A stretch of DNA of 64,000 bases, from the NCBI RefSeq assembly GCF_000315625.1, contig NW_005434672.1, positions 174,698 through 238,697 on the forward strand, given 5' to 3'. A program made the position numbers and the translations under genes. This stretch comes from Guillardia theta CCMP2712 (lineage: Eukaryota > Protista > Cryptophyta). A model generated the notes under the pieces. The model searched no databases, had not been told where the DNA came from, and was given only the letters and a program-made list of their open reading frames with translations. This document shows, piece by piece, positions 52,287-64,000 of this stretch; the first letter of the stretch is position 1; each line of letters opens with the position of its first letter.

Positions 52287-53108
52287 ATGGCAGCAGGGTG
52301 GATAGTGGCGGTGCTAGCGATGCTGGCGGGCGAGGCCTCAGGGTTCATGCCAGGCGGAGGAGCAGGAGCAGCAGGAATAGCACGAAGACAAGTGGTCAAG
52401 CCCCCGTCTCCTCTTGCTCGTGCTCGTGGTTCTGTCTTGGGGGGTCAGTACTTGCTGGATCGAACCGTCCCATGTCCCGGGATGCGATCGCATTTGAAAC
52501 TTTCCAAGTTGCAGATGAATAACAAGGTGAAGATTGATCCCATGCTATCAGAAGTTAAAAAACGTCCTTGCAGTTTGAGATTGAGGGGACGATAGTCTTG
52601 ATAAATCAGCCCATGACGTTTGACAGCGGGTTCATGAAGCGAGAGTTTGTAGTGAAGACAGAAGAGATGTATCCACAAGATGTCAAGTTCGAGCTTGTAA
52701 AGGACAAGTGCTCTCTCATTGATCAGTACCAAGTCGACGACAAGGTCAGGGTGAGCTTCAACATCAGGGGCAGCCAGTGGCAAGGGCGTTACTTTACCAA
52801 CCTGCAGGTAGGCAAGACTTGTCATAACCTGCATGACGCGGCTCCTTTGACAGGCGTGGAGAATAGAGAAACTGACAGGCTCTGCGTATGAGCTTGACCC
52901 CGCTGAGATGGAATGGGATGCTCCTGAAGGTGAAACTGCCTGGTAGAGTTGCTTCAGAGCTCATTGTCGCAGAACCACGCATGACCCAGTCGCGTCCGAA
53001 GTCAAAGACGTTCGACCAAGGTGAAGTGAGCGCGTTGAAGTGCTATGTGTGATGTCGGTACTGCCAGGATCCAAGAATGTTGCATGGGATGATGACATTC
53101 CGTTCTAA
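52287..53108 (+). CDS. DUF3127-family OB-fold, SSB-like protein with bipartite plastid-type presequence and acidic DDDIPF tail, multi-exon
   Basis: FEIEGTIVLI...SGFMKREFVVKTEEMYPQDVKFELVKDKCSLID...VRVSFNIRGSQWQGRYFTNLQ|AWRIE; ends DDDIPF*; signal peptide ...EASG-F. Confidence 0.82.
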
Positions 53109-53140
53109 GGACGACAGACGAACTCTTGTTGCTACATGGT

Positions 53141-54398
53141 TCATTGCCACCTTAATTCCTCCGCGAAGTCTACCATGATCCAAAACAATATGAAGTTGAA
53201 GATGTGGACGTAGGCACATAGAGGGCATAGCACGCGCAGAACGGAGAGAGAGAAGTAGAGCAAGTAAAGCGAGTACACAACTCCTCTGTGAAAAAAAAGC
53301 AGTCAGCTTCAAGAAAAAATAGAGAACAAGAGAGAGAAAGAAAAGGGTGGAGGGATTGGAACACAAGAAGAGAAGTGATCGAGAGGAAAGAAAGGGTTGG
53401 AATCCGTCGAGGGAGGGGAATGGGAGGTAGAAGAAGCAACGTACATGGCCGTGAGAATGAAAGCAAGCACTATCGGCCAGTATTGGTCGGTAAAGATCTG
53501 CAAACAAAAAACTCTCAGATACTTTCCCATTGCAAATAGAGGTAGGAAAAGCATGTAAAGCAAAGAAGGTCAGAAGGAAAGGCCAGAAAATCTGGCTGAG
53601 AGCTTGCAGGCAGTTGGACGTGCTAACTTACTTTGATGAGCACGCAAAAAGCGACGACGAGATAGTAGACGATCCCAGCAGAGCTGCAGGAATGGTATCA
53701 ACAAGTACTTGGAGCAACAACGAGGGCTGAACCTGTTAGTAATGCCCAAGAACATGGAGTTGGATCCTTTCTTCACGGACGAAGAGCAGGAGACGGTGTT
53801 GGAGATGTCACAGGCAGCTTGATAACTTTCTCCGTAGAACTGATCAAGGAGGTCCTGTGTCAGTAGGAGGACGACAAGTCCAACGCTATCGTCACCTCCA
53901 CTTGTCGATCCACCTCGTGTAGGTAGATTGAGACGACGCAGCCTGCCGCTGCCACGATGAAGATGGCGAGAGGGTACAAGGACCAAAGCTCTGTCATAGT
54001 TGTCAGATGAAGGTCAACACGGGCGAGCAAGAGCATCACCGGCCATGATCAGGGAGATTACAGCGACCAGGCTGAGGGCAGCGAAGGAGAAGCCCAGGTC
54101 TCTTGATTGCTTGTCAACGAGAGCATCAACAACTTCTTCCCAGTCGATAAAAGAGGAAAGCTTGACAAAGATCCAGGCTGCCAGCAGCAGCACCACCACG
54201 ACCATGGCATCTCCTCGCAGAAACGAAGGGACCTGAAAGGACGGCACAGCATGAGCTGCCGGTGATCGGAGAGGGAAAGAGGGAGAAAACTTACAAGTCC
54301 TGTTCCCCAAGTATAGTAAAGCTCATCTTGTACAATATGCTCCGCCGTCGCAACTCCAGCGAGCTTTCCTGTCCTGACACGTCTGGAGCTGGAGCTAG

Positions 54399-54441
<43 letters not shown>

Positions 54442-57400
54442 GGAGGAGGAGGAGGAGGAGGAGGAGGAGGAGGAGACAAGCTTCCACATCTGAGGAATGC
54501 TGGTGCTTGAGCCTGTTCCAAGCCATCGGTTTCCTTTCAGTCTGCTTCCACTAACCCGTCGGCCACGAGGGGCCGACGTGTGGAGAAGCGCTTGATGAGT
54601 AGCATCAGTTTCTTCCCCTCCCACATGCATGCCGGACGTGAAGCTCCTGGTCAGCTTCCCCAGCGAGCTTAGCGCTTCTCCCAACTTGTCTGCCCCCCTC
54701 GAGGTCTCCAGCTGAGCCCGGGCTGACGGGGCAGCAGGCGACATGGCGGAAGTAGCGAGTAGCCTCCTTCTGCCCGAGGATGTGCTGGAGCTGTCTTCAG
54801 CCGCTGGCAAGCAGCTGGGGAAGGGAGTGCAGGCGAGCATAGCAGGCGAAACGATCGGGACGAAGGTCTCCTGGACCTCAACCTCCCACCAGTCGCTCTC
54901 CACCTTAGTCGATCGTTGTGCCTCCTCCCAGTAGGCGGCAGCTGGCCTGGAGGAGCTGAGAACTAGCTGGACCTTGCTTGCTCTGACACACTTCGAGTCA
55001 TGGGGGAAAATTGACGAACGGAAGAAGTTGGCATTCTGCCCCGCAAGGATAGCAGCAAGGAGATTGACCAGCCACGACGCCTCCCGCCAGTCACCAACTT
55101 CGATCAGCTCCAGGAGCTTCAGCTCGAGCCGGGGAAGCAGAAAGAGCGACCAGCCAGGGGGTCTGTCCCTCCTCCCAACCTGGTAATAAACGTCCAGTTG
55201 TGTCCAATTACCTGCTCCTCCCTCGCACTCGGGATCGCTGGATACCTCGAGGACTACCTCCGTCCGGCTCCCTCCCTTTCTGCCCTCCTTCTCTCCTCCT
55301 CCTCCTCCTCCTCCTCTTCCCTCCCAGTAAATGTTGACGATTCTCAAGGGCTGTAGGAGACGGAAAGCCATGCCGGCCCATGACCGACCCCAGGCTTCCT
55401 CTACCTCCTCCTTCCCCTCCTGCAGCGTCGGGTTGGACCCGATCGCCTCCTCCAAGTTCTGCACGTCTGAAAACATCTTCCCCCACCTGCTCTCAAGATG
55501 AGGAAATAGGGAGGGACGGGAGGAAGAGGCGAACGAGAAAAACTTGGGAGATAGAGATGCAAACGATGCGAGACGAGGGACATGAAAGAAAAGCGACTTG
55601 GAAGCAGGAGAAAGGACAGGACAATAAAGGAAGGGGGGGAAGGGAAAGGAGAAGTAGAAGCTCACGGAAGGTGACGATCATGCAGGGCTCGGGTAACAGC
55701 CGGCCATCGCTTTTCCTTCTCCTCCTTCTTCCCCTCATAGCGACTTTGAAGGCCGTTGGGTGCGACGAGACCCGTCGCCTCCTGTGCCCCCGTTCTCTCT
55801 GTCAGAAACGTCGAGTTTGACCTAGCAAGCCCGCTCCCGATGGCCACGCGGTTGGCGTAGATGAGGAGGAGGCCGATGAAGCAGATGAGAACCCGAACAA
55901 GCAGAGACCTGATGACCCGTAGATGTAAGAATGATGACATCAACGAGAGCAAGGCAGAGATGGGTATGGAGACATAGCAAGGGAAAGACAGAGGAAGGGG
56001 AACGCAAGAGATGAAGACAGAGAAGCAAGAGACTGATATAAAGGAGGAGAATCAAACTCACAGGCTCGCAGTCACCGTCTGTCTCTTCCCATGACCATCA
56101 CTGAGCTGATCGACGATCACCATCCCTTCCTTGAGAACATCGTGGAGGGCGAGGAAGATGTAGACGACCAGCAAGACAAGCATCGTAACAGGAACAACAA
56201 CGTTGAGAAACGTGATCATCTGTTCGACAGTTGGGCTGATGACGATCCAAGATTTGCTGCTTTCCCCGTCCCAGTCCACACGAAACATGAAGAACAGGAC
56301 AATGATTAGAACGAAGGCGACATGCGACCAGAAGATGGGTAGTTGGAGAAACTTGCTGTCATTCATTCTGGAGAGACAATCATGATCAATGACAAAACGA
56401 GCAAAAGCAAAACATAAGCACAAACAACAGGTGCACATGGCATACGTCCACACTGTATCAAGGTCACATCATACTCAAGGCAAAAAAAGATCAGGTGCAA
56501 CTGGTCAACAAATCAAAATTGCGGACCTGTCTCCGATTTCAACAATGCCATCAAAGAACTTGAAGACTCCCGCGAACCAACCAGTCCTCTCCTTCTCCTC
56601 CTCCTCCTCCTCCTCCTCGGCTTTGGGAGTTTCTGTTCCATAGAACGGCAGAGCAAAGTCAATCAGCGGAGTTTCTTCTGCAGATTCCGCACTGCTTGAC
56701 CGTGACTTGGACAGGAGCTCGCTCCATAGAGAGTCGTCCACAACGGGTACGAGGAGACAGACTTTCAACATGAAGAAGAATCCTTCATTGCTGAAAACAG
56801 CCGTAGCAAGCTGCGTGATGAGAATCGCCAGCACGCTAGCATGTCTGACTGAGCTAAAAGGAGAGAAGATGAAGAAAGAAAGAAGAAGCTCCACAATGAG
56901 CTGAAAACCAGCAGCAAGCTGAAACATGAAACTCGGGAGAAGCTGCAGGTACCATACAGCAGGGGTCGGGACGATGTTGGTTGCGAAGGAGAACTCGATA
57001 GCGGTAAGATCGAACCACTCTTTGTACCCCGACGTCACTTTGTTCATTGCAGACAGGATGAGGAACTTGAACAGAACGAAGCGGATGAGGAGGAGCAGCA
57101 CGTTGTCGCTGTCCCTCCTCCTCTCCCTGATCCATAGCGGAGCCATCAGGCATGCCACGAACCCGCTCTCCAGCAGCAGCTTGTCGGCATCATAGGAGAG
57201 CAGAGACACTCCTGCACTGCACAGAACAAGGTAGATGAGCCAAGACCCGAAGAGAGAGTAGAAGCTAGGAGAGAAAGCAACTCCCGCCACGCTGGATCCT
57301 ACTCCCGCGATGCACAGCAGGTCAAGGACTGCGTCTCCCACCCACGAAGAATGGTGTGCGAACGAGGAAAGCGGCGAGTCTGACTGACCTCCTTGATTCT

Positions 57401-57680
57401 GGCTGATAGGGATCATGCCATGGCTACCCAGAAGCCCCTGGATCTGATAGAACAATGATCCGAAGGCGGAAAGGAAGCAGAGGCTCATCAGTCTCAGGAA
57501 GAGATCCCTTGACATCCTGTAGCTCGTTCGCTGAAACTCCTTCTTCCTCGCATGAATGCTATCGAACTCCTTCCCCACCTCATCATACACGGACCTTGCC
57601 ACTGAGCTCAAATCGAACATCTCCCCTGTGCCAGGCCTGAACCATGTAGAGTCCACCGCTCCCTTCGACTCGCTCGACAT
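53141..57680 (-). CDS. Divergent lipase maturation factor (LMF) family membrane protein, multi-exon, extended C-terminus
   Basis: LFLRLMSLCFLSAFGSLFYQIQGLLGSHGMIP, DKLLLESGF, LIRFVLFK, WFDLTA; C-domain RTEVVLEVS...PRLEL...WLVNLL...WWE. 3' end uncertain. Confidence 0.72.
54400..54476 (+). repeat. (GAT)n(GAG)n microsatellite encoding poly-Ser in the LMF-like ORF
   Basis: Read directly from the sequence. Confidence 0.85.
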
Positions 57681-58665
57681 CGTCCTCTAGCTGTATATGA
57701 CGAGGCCGTCAGAACACTCGAGGAACTCTGATAGATGTTCAGTGAAAGGAACTATCTCTTCATCTGCCGCTCCTCCTCGTCCTCTCCGCCATCCCTGCAG
57801 GCTCCCTTGTGACAAGCATTCCCAAGGGCCATCCCGACGTCAACAAACGTTAGTGCACTGCAACGATACCGTTAAAACGCAATTGATTTCATGTCCGTTA
57901 CATTGGGACGTTGCGGTCGCCCAGGGTTTCCTGAAGAGCCACTCTGACTCTTCACCACCCCCACCCACTACGAAACTTTGACGACATGTATTGTACCCCA
58001 GTAACCATATCAGATCTGATGAAGGGGGGTGGGTGTTGCTGCCCTATAAAATCAGGGTACAATTACTAATGAGGGAACTAAATTATCACGATGTTATGTT
58101 TCTGCCCTCTTCAATTGAGCCCCGTGATACCACCCCGCTACCCTCGCACACTATTTTTTGCAGTCAACAATACACCACCTACCCAAAAACCGAATCATCA
58201 TTAGCACCGGTACAGAGAATAAAAGTACCCTCCTTTTTCCTCACCTCGCCGTGCAAAATCACACGTGGGTCAGTACCCCTACCAGTTCAATGGAGGAACG
58301 GAAAAATTGAAAAATGACGGTACCCCCTAGAAAGTACATACACCACCCCTAGGTTGGATAAGTTCACGGCCGGCTAGCCACTCTGCCGCCCACCCTCATC
58401 ACCCGGTCATATCAGTCTACCCTCCTGATCAGTATCGAAATTTTTAACACTACCCCACCTGGAAATATTATTTTCTGTACCCCTACCCCTATAAATTCCA
58501 CTAAATCATTCATCTCGAAGATGATTACAGTACCCTGACCCTCTTACCAAAATTGAAACTGATTACATATTCTCCAAATCTAGAGTTCCAAAGGTGAATT
58601 GTGTTAAGGGTGGTACTCATGTGGAGGGGGTAGGGGTGGCATCGATCGGAAAAGCCACTACCGCC

Positions 58666-59283
58666 ATGTTGACGCAGCTTGTGCATGGCCTTGAGCTCCA
58701 CGTGCGGGGGATTCCGGCATGGATGCAGCACATGAACCCGGACAAGATGACATCCAAGCAGAAGAGCACTCTTGTGAGCTCCTTGCACTCCCCGAGATGC
58801 TAAGATTGTCCCTGCTGCATGTAGTTCGAGTACGCCCATGGTCTTCAATGTCTGTCAGATGCAGCCAGCATGGGGTCCCATGTATTGCCGTGAACACTTC
58901 TTTATCAAAATCAAACCCTCGTGTCCCTGGACATTCAATGCATTCTTGTTTTTCTGTATCCTGTTGCCGATGTTCGGGGTTGATGTTTCATGTATCGCTT
59001 GCCCTTGTTTTCCTTCCTGGCCTCGAATGAACTTCTTTTGATGTCCCTTTGGCGATTCGTTAATCTGACAATGATGTTCAGTTGGACATGGAGGGTCATC
59101 GCGAAGCAAAGGCCAGAAAGGCATGCTTGGAAACTGAAAAGCATGGTGCTCGCTGCATTTTCTAAGAACAGCTGATGGGATACTTTACACACTGGGGTTA
59201 GATAACAGATTTGTGCGCATAACGGAAGTGGATCGTTTCTGGATGCATGATATCTGCAATTGTATAAAGAGGAGGGCAGAATA
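58666..59283 (+). CDS. Possible small hypothetical multi-exon protein
   Basis: GCCATG start after a G-rich tract, GTGAG donor ~58774, last exon DGILYTLGLDNRFVRITEVDRFWMHD...*; middle exons unresolved. Confidence 0.3.
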
Positions 59284-59336
59284 AATGCAAACTTGATCGG
59301 TTGCATAACTTTTTCAGTGTGATTGGTACACAGGCA

Positions 59337-59904
59337 CTAGTGCGCTGTCTGGTGAATGTTGATTGCAAGTTCTGGGGAAAGAAGGTTGTCTTGAGTAAAT
59401 TTGTCAAGGAACACATAGACAATCATAGAAATAAGCTGCAGTAGATTTGTTTCAGGACTGGGGTCTCTTCTGCTCGGCCCATCAACATGTTCCTGCAGAT
59501 TCGCAGGTTGGAACCTACAGGCAGCGAGTAACGAGTCAGTCGTGTCCTGCAGTAGCTTGTTGACCAGTAGATGATCAGTGCCAACAAGAGAGTCTTTCCG
59601 ACTGCTTCTTGTCAGAGGATTACTTCGAGAACCTCGCCTTCCACACTTCCAGGCGTGTGTTCCTCTCATCGCCATGTTTCGATTGCTGTCCCGGTAGAAG
59701 GCAGCAGAAAGCTGATGAGGGCGGCTTGTGAGAACTACTGAAAAAATATTGCTTATTTTTTTCGGCACTGAAAGTTGGAGGCCATACTGAGAGGAACGGG
59801 CCAGGATCCAGCTGTCGAGGTACTTCCTGATGCCATGGTGAGAAGACGAGGAGATTGCAAGAGATGGTTTCATTGCCAGTCACTCGTGCAAGAGGCGTCT
59901 TCAT
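59337..59904 (-). CDS. Possible hypothetical protein
   Basis: Overlapping 178-aa and 94-aa ORFs with plausible splice sites; no domain recognised. Confidence 0.3.
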
Positions 59905-60039
59905 GCTAGGTGCTCATTCGGCATAGATTAATTGGAAATCATGCCATCATATTATAGTCTTGCGTGAAGGTGTCCAAGAGATCTTCGAGCTGGAGCAAAA
60001 AAGTGGATCTGAGCTTGAAATCCAATCTCCCTGCTTTCG

Positions 60040-60085
60040 AGGTGCCTGCCTGGATTCCCCCCAGGTGCCTGCCTAGAATCCCCCC
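60040..60085 (+). repeat. 23-bp tandem duplication just upstream of PTRHD1-like gene
   Basis: AGGTGCCTGCCTGGATTCCCCCC / AGGTGCCTGCCTAGAATCCCCCC. Confidence 0.8.
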
Positions 60086-60123
60086 AGCAGTGTACCTCAA
60101 ACGCGCGAGGACGATCCAACACG

Positions 60124-60820
60124 ATGTTGTGCTCCAGAGAACTGATACAACCCATCCTTTTGCGAGCTACGTTTTTCCTTGTTTTGTCGAGCAGAAGCTC
60201 CCAAGGCTTCTCGATTGCCCCCCATATCAGCCCTTGCCCAGTTGTGACAAGAAATCTTGTCGCTCCATTCCCAACCATGACTACATCCAAGTCCTTCCGC
60301 ACTGCATTGCGTGGAGGGGCTTCAGATGAAGTGAGCCCCGGAGAAGCTCCGAAGCAAGAAGCCAATGGGGACTATCTCGTGCAGTATGTCTTGATACGGA
60401 AAGACCTGCCGTGGCCTGCAGGGAGCGTTGTGGCTCAGGGCTGCCATGCTGTGACAAAGGCCCTGTGGGAGGTAAACCAAACTTTCTTACACTTAACCGG
60501 AATGATTGACACGGTTTGAATAGTACAAAGAACATCAAAATGTGATCGACTATTGCGGTCAAATCAACTCAATGCACAAGGTGGTTCTTGGCGTGAAGGA
60601 CAGGAAGCAGCTGGAGAAGTTTGCAGGCAGATTGGAAGAGGCAGGTATCTCAACTCATCGTTTCACGCGAGTGTTGCGCATAATCTTACCCAGTGTGACA
60701 GGATTGCTTCACTGCATCTGGGTTGAGCAGCCAGAAGACACTCCAACAGCATTAGCAACACTGCCATACCCGAAATCTACCATCGGTCCCTTGCTGAAGA
60801 AACTTCCATTGCTGCAATGA
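60124..60820 (+). CDS. PTRHD1: Peptidyl-tRNA hydrolase 2 family, PTRHD1-like, with plastid-type presequence, multi-exon
   Basis: LVQYVLIRKDL.WPAGSVVAQGCHA, MHKVVL, WVEQPEDTPTALATLPYPKS; signal peptide ...SSQG-F. Confidence 0.88.
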
Positions 60821-61044
60821 CCTGCTGGATGATATGAAGATCTTGACGAGGGGGATAATACATAATGTTGAGCAAACGTTTATTGTGTAGAGCTTGATCT
60901 CTTCTATCTGATATTTATAAGTTTATTTACTATCGTAGGTGGTTGGAAAATCTTGCAGCACAAGGTCACCTAAGAGACAATTTCTATGGATGGAAAACAA
61001 TTCTGTGAGCTTGACTAGAAATGCTCCTGTAGCAAACTTTCGCC

Positions 61045-61563
61045 TCAGAATTCCAAAACTGCAGGAAGAGACTTTCTGGAAACAGGCGACTTCCTGTAAA
61101 TGTTGAAAGGCGACTCCTCCTTCCGGATTTCAGCAATGAGAGGAGAGGTGTACGAAGACCCCTCTGAAGCCCCCAGGTAAAGTGGAAGAGAAAGTGACAA
61201 GGCTCTATTTTGCCTTGGGGATCGACCATGTAGACTTCTCCTCCTATTGAGCAGGCGCAAAGGCGAGAGAAAATCTTCGCTGCACGAAGTTGCGTCGTTA
61301 CTGATGGCAGGGGAAAGACTTTCTTCATAGCTTCCGTTGGTGACAGTGATGAAGCCGTCAAGTTTTGCAGACTCAAAAGCCATCATCAGCTCCATAATAT
61401 CTTGGTCAAGAGACAGTTTTCTGTTCCAGATTACTTTTTCGACGTTTCCATCGTCCTCGAACTCATACTCCGCCTGATCAAACATCACTTCTTCGCGCTC
61501 TTGCAGAAATAGCTTTTCCCATTCCGAAGGGCTTCTCTCAACATCAAGGTTCGGAGAAGACAT
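61045..61563 (-). CDS. Hypothetical intronless protein, acidic N-half and Ser/Pro/Arg-rich C-half
   Basis: ~172-aa ORF from ATG 61563 with coding-like composition. Confidence 0.55.
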   Translation of the reverse strand: MSSPNLDVERSPSEWEKLFLQEREEVMFDQAEYEFEDDGNVEKVIWNRKLSLDQDIMELMMAFESAKLDGFITVTNGSYEESLSPAISNDATSCSEDFLSPLRLLNRRRSLHGRSPRQNRALSLSLPLYLGASEGSSYTSPLIAEIRKEESPFNIYRKSPVSRKSLPAVLEF

Positions 61564-62275
61564 CTGGGTTTCGTAATACTGTAACAAACAGTGCTCTTAC
61601 CCACGTGCTAGCCTTCCAGAAGTGAACTTCCCGTGGCAGCGGATCCAACAAACTCACTTTCTCCCCCTCTCTCTCGCCTAGGGTTTCAATCCCTTCCTTA
61701 TCCTCAAATAGACAACACTCCTTTGTTGTCTTCTAATCTTGATCTTCACTTCTGAATGTTCTCTCTCCCTACTCAGATCGTGCTGAGCCTTGCTTCCACG
61801 ATCCCCGCCCTTGCTGTCGGCATAAACGGCCTATTGGGGCCAACCACCCACCCCTCTTGGAAAAACCGTTCCCCGATTCCTTCTTGTTGGTCTCCTTTTT
61901 GACCCCCTTTTTCCCATTCTACTACCCCACCCTTTCATACCGGAGTACCAAGCAGGTCACATGCTTTCTAAGAGTTTGTACAAGGACCCCACCCCTACCT
62001 CACATCATCTCCTCTCACAGCACGGTACAAAAAAAGCTCTTTGAATCGATTGGATGGGGTGGGGTAGACAACAGTACCCAGGTGCAGAAGGAAACAATAT
62101 TTTTGGGGTGGATATCATACTTTGTGTACGGGGTCCTATGGGTTGAAAAAGGATATTTTGAGGGTGGGTGATGAAGACAAAGGGGTACATTGAGACGTAA
62201 AGGTGGACACAGTACCGGTCCTTGTCATTTTCCTCCTGGGTACGATACACCCGGGCCGGGCATGTCCAAATGAAC

Positions 62276-62740
62276 TACTGGCAGTAGTGAATTTTACTCA
62301 AAGATAAGTTAAGAATCAATAGGTAAGCCCTTTTTAATACTCTAAAGAGCCGGGGCGGCCGGAGTCCGATCCCCGGGCGGACGCCCGGCGGCCGGTACGG
62401 TCCGGGGCCCGGCCCGGGGCCCTGCCGGCTGGAGCCGATCGGACCAGTCGCCGAGCCTCGGAGCCGCTCCGAAGCCCACCGGCCACCAGACCGCCTACGC
62501 CCCAGGGCCGGGCCCGGCCTACTGGTACTACCGTACGGTACGCTACTCTGCGAGTTGCGCCGATAGGCCGCCGAATGCCGTACTCCGAGATCATCGGATG
62601 CTCTGCTCCCCACAGGCAGGCTCTCGGACGCAGCCGCGACACGGTCGGATGATCATCTGGTGATCCGCAGTCTCGAGCCTCGGATCGGACCGTGCCAGTT
62701 ATGAGGTACAAGTTGACCTCCCGGCAGTCTGCCCGAGTCC
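62276..62740. repeat. Dispersed repeat copy (62291-62323) plus GC-rich palindrome island
   Basis: Reverse complement CCTATTGATTCTTAACTTATCTTTGAGTAAAAT; ACTACTG-G-CAGTAGT; TACCGTACGGTA. Confidence 0.6.
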
Positions 62741-63361
62741 AGTCAAGTTGCAAGCTGTCATGTCACGCCACGCCGGTTGCTCCTCTCGGATCCACAGCCT
62801 GCGGCTCCTTCCAGTTCTCTGCTATCATACTTTCACTGTCAGGCTGTCAGACTATTAGTAGAGATTGAGCTCGGAGAGTTCACTCGGAGCTTTTGGGAGC
62901 TGTTCTCCAAGTTCTACAACCTTCAAGTTCAGCCGCATGATTGTGAAAACTCAGAAGAGACGATGAGAGGTTGAGTGCAGGGATCAAAGTTGCCTTCACA
63001 TGCGATACGACTGTCAGCATCAGTCCCAGTTGGAGTGAGGATGTGCAATAGCTGTTCTTTGTTCATTGCAAACGATAGAAGAGGCATGGGGGAGCATGTT
63101 AGGAGCGAAAGGATGGCAGAATTGAAATGGGAAGGGTGGGGAGCATGTTGGTTTGTGCACAAGTTCATGGGGATGATGAATGCTTTGAATGCCAGGGGTC
63201 AATCGTACAAACGCTTCTACCTTCAGCGCGTGTTTTGATTGTTATGAGAGGTTTTTGTTCATAACGTGTTGAGCCGAGTGTCATGAAATCTTTAATTCAC
63301 TTGCTGTTGAAACATCCTGTCCCGGGTTTGAGATGTTCGCTGCACAGATTTGGGTGTGTTT

Positions 63362-63408
63362 GGTAGCAAGATAGGTAGCAAGATAGGTAGCAAGATAGCA
63401 AGATAGGT
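63362..63408 (+). repeat. 12-bp tandem repeat GGTAGCAAGATA x3 plus partial
   Basis: Read directly from the sequence. Confidence 0.85.
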
Positions 63409-63709
63409 TCTTGTGGAAGTTCGAGCAAACAAGCAGAATGTGCCAGATTGCTGTGTAGACTTTTGAGTGGAAGGGGATGTTTCCTCAGCAGACAGCCATG
63501 AAGAGGCGAATATTTCGGTCCTGAGCAATGAGCAGGAGGCGAACGGGCGAGAAAGTCAGTGGCAGGAAGATGAGAAGGCGGGTGAGAACGTGTAAAGATC
63601 ATTTCATCTCCTCCTCTCTTCTCCTTTCCTGTTCTCGCCTTCAGTTTGTTGTCCTCTTTCCTCCCCTCCTCCTCTTCTCCTCTCCTCCTCTCTCCTTAAA
63701 TCCGTTCTA

Positions 63710-64000
63710 CTCCCGCCCCGGTAGCCGCCCGGAGTCTGCGCGGCCGGGCTCGCGGGGCCCCGGCGTCAGACCAGGCCGGGCTTGAAGACCGACAGTGACT
63801 GGCCGCACTGCGGCAGTGTTGGCTGTGGTATGCCGGGTACTGAGCGGGCTCAGTACCACGCCGTGACGGCCCCAGCCCGCGGCCGCGTGGAGCCTGATCT
63901 TGAGCCGCGCCGGGCCCGCCGGCCCGGCGGGCCGGCGGGCCGGATCATGATCGGATCATGATCGGACGGACGGAGGCTGCCAGCCGGGCCTGACGGTCAC
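63710..64000. repeat. GC-rich palindrome island
   Basis: GGCCCGCCGG-C-CCGGCGGGCC; tandem GGATCATGATC x2. Confidence 0.65.

Noticed and set aside
63362-63408. Direct repeats as a possible CRISPR-like array (also 60040-60085)
   Set aside because: No spacers, too short, no cas genes, eukaryotic context.

Overview
Eukaryotic nuclear DNA with gene-dense layout, many short (~45-60 nt) GT-AG introns and several N-terminal signal peptides followed by Phe (bipartite plastid targeting). This points to an alga with a complex red plastid, most consistent with a cryptophyte such as Guillardia theta (inference). About 25 genes are supportable: calmodulin-like fragment, ARM+RING E3, four intact RWP-RK factors plus a pseudogene, PGK, dPGM, collagen-like protein, HAT1, a triple methyltransferase-like protein, a 2380-aa intronless pseudokinase-ARM protein, CIA30, fused NAD(P) transhydrogenase, PH protein, eIF3h, OTU-like gene, DUF3127/SSB-like, LMF-like and PTRHD1. 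Main unexplained structures: (1) a 170-bp RWP-RK cassette 169/170 identical between two otherwise highly diverged paralogs; (2) a 2141-bp element with perfect 25-bp terminal inverted repeats and a TTA duplication; (3) recurring GC-rich palindrome islands, with short indels and fold-backs also seen in a pseudogene and a dispersed repeat; (4) an OTU domain with motifs in permuted order; (5) apparently plastid-targeted transhydrogenase and SSB-like proteins. Exon boundaries were read by eye and are approximate. No rRNA, tRNA or CRISPR array was seen. One assembly gap lies at 49914-50013.
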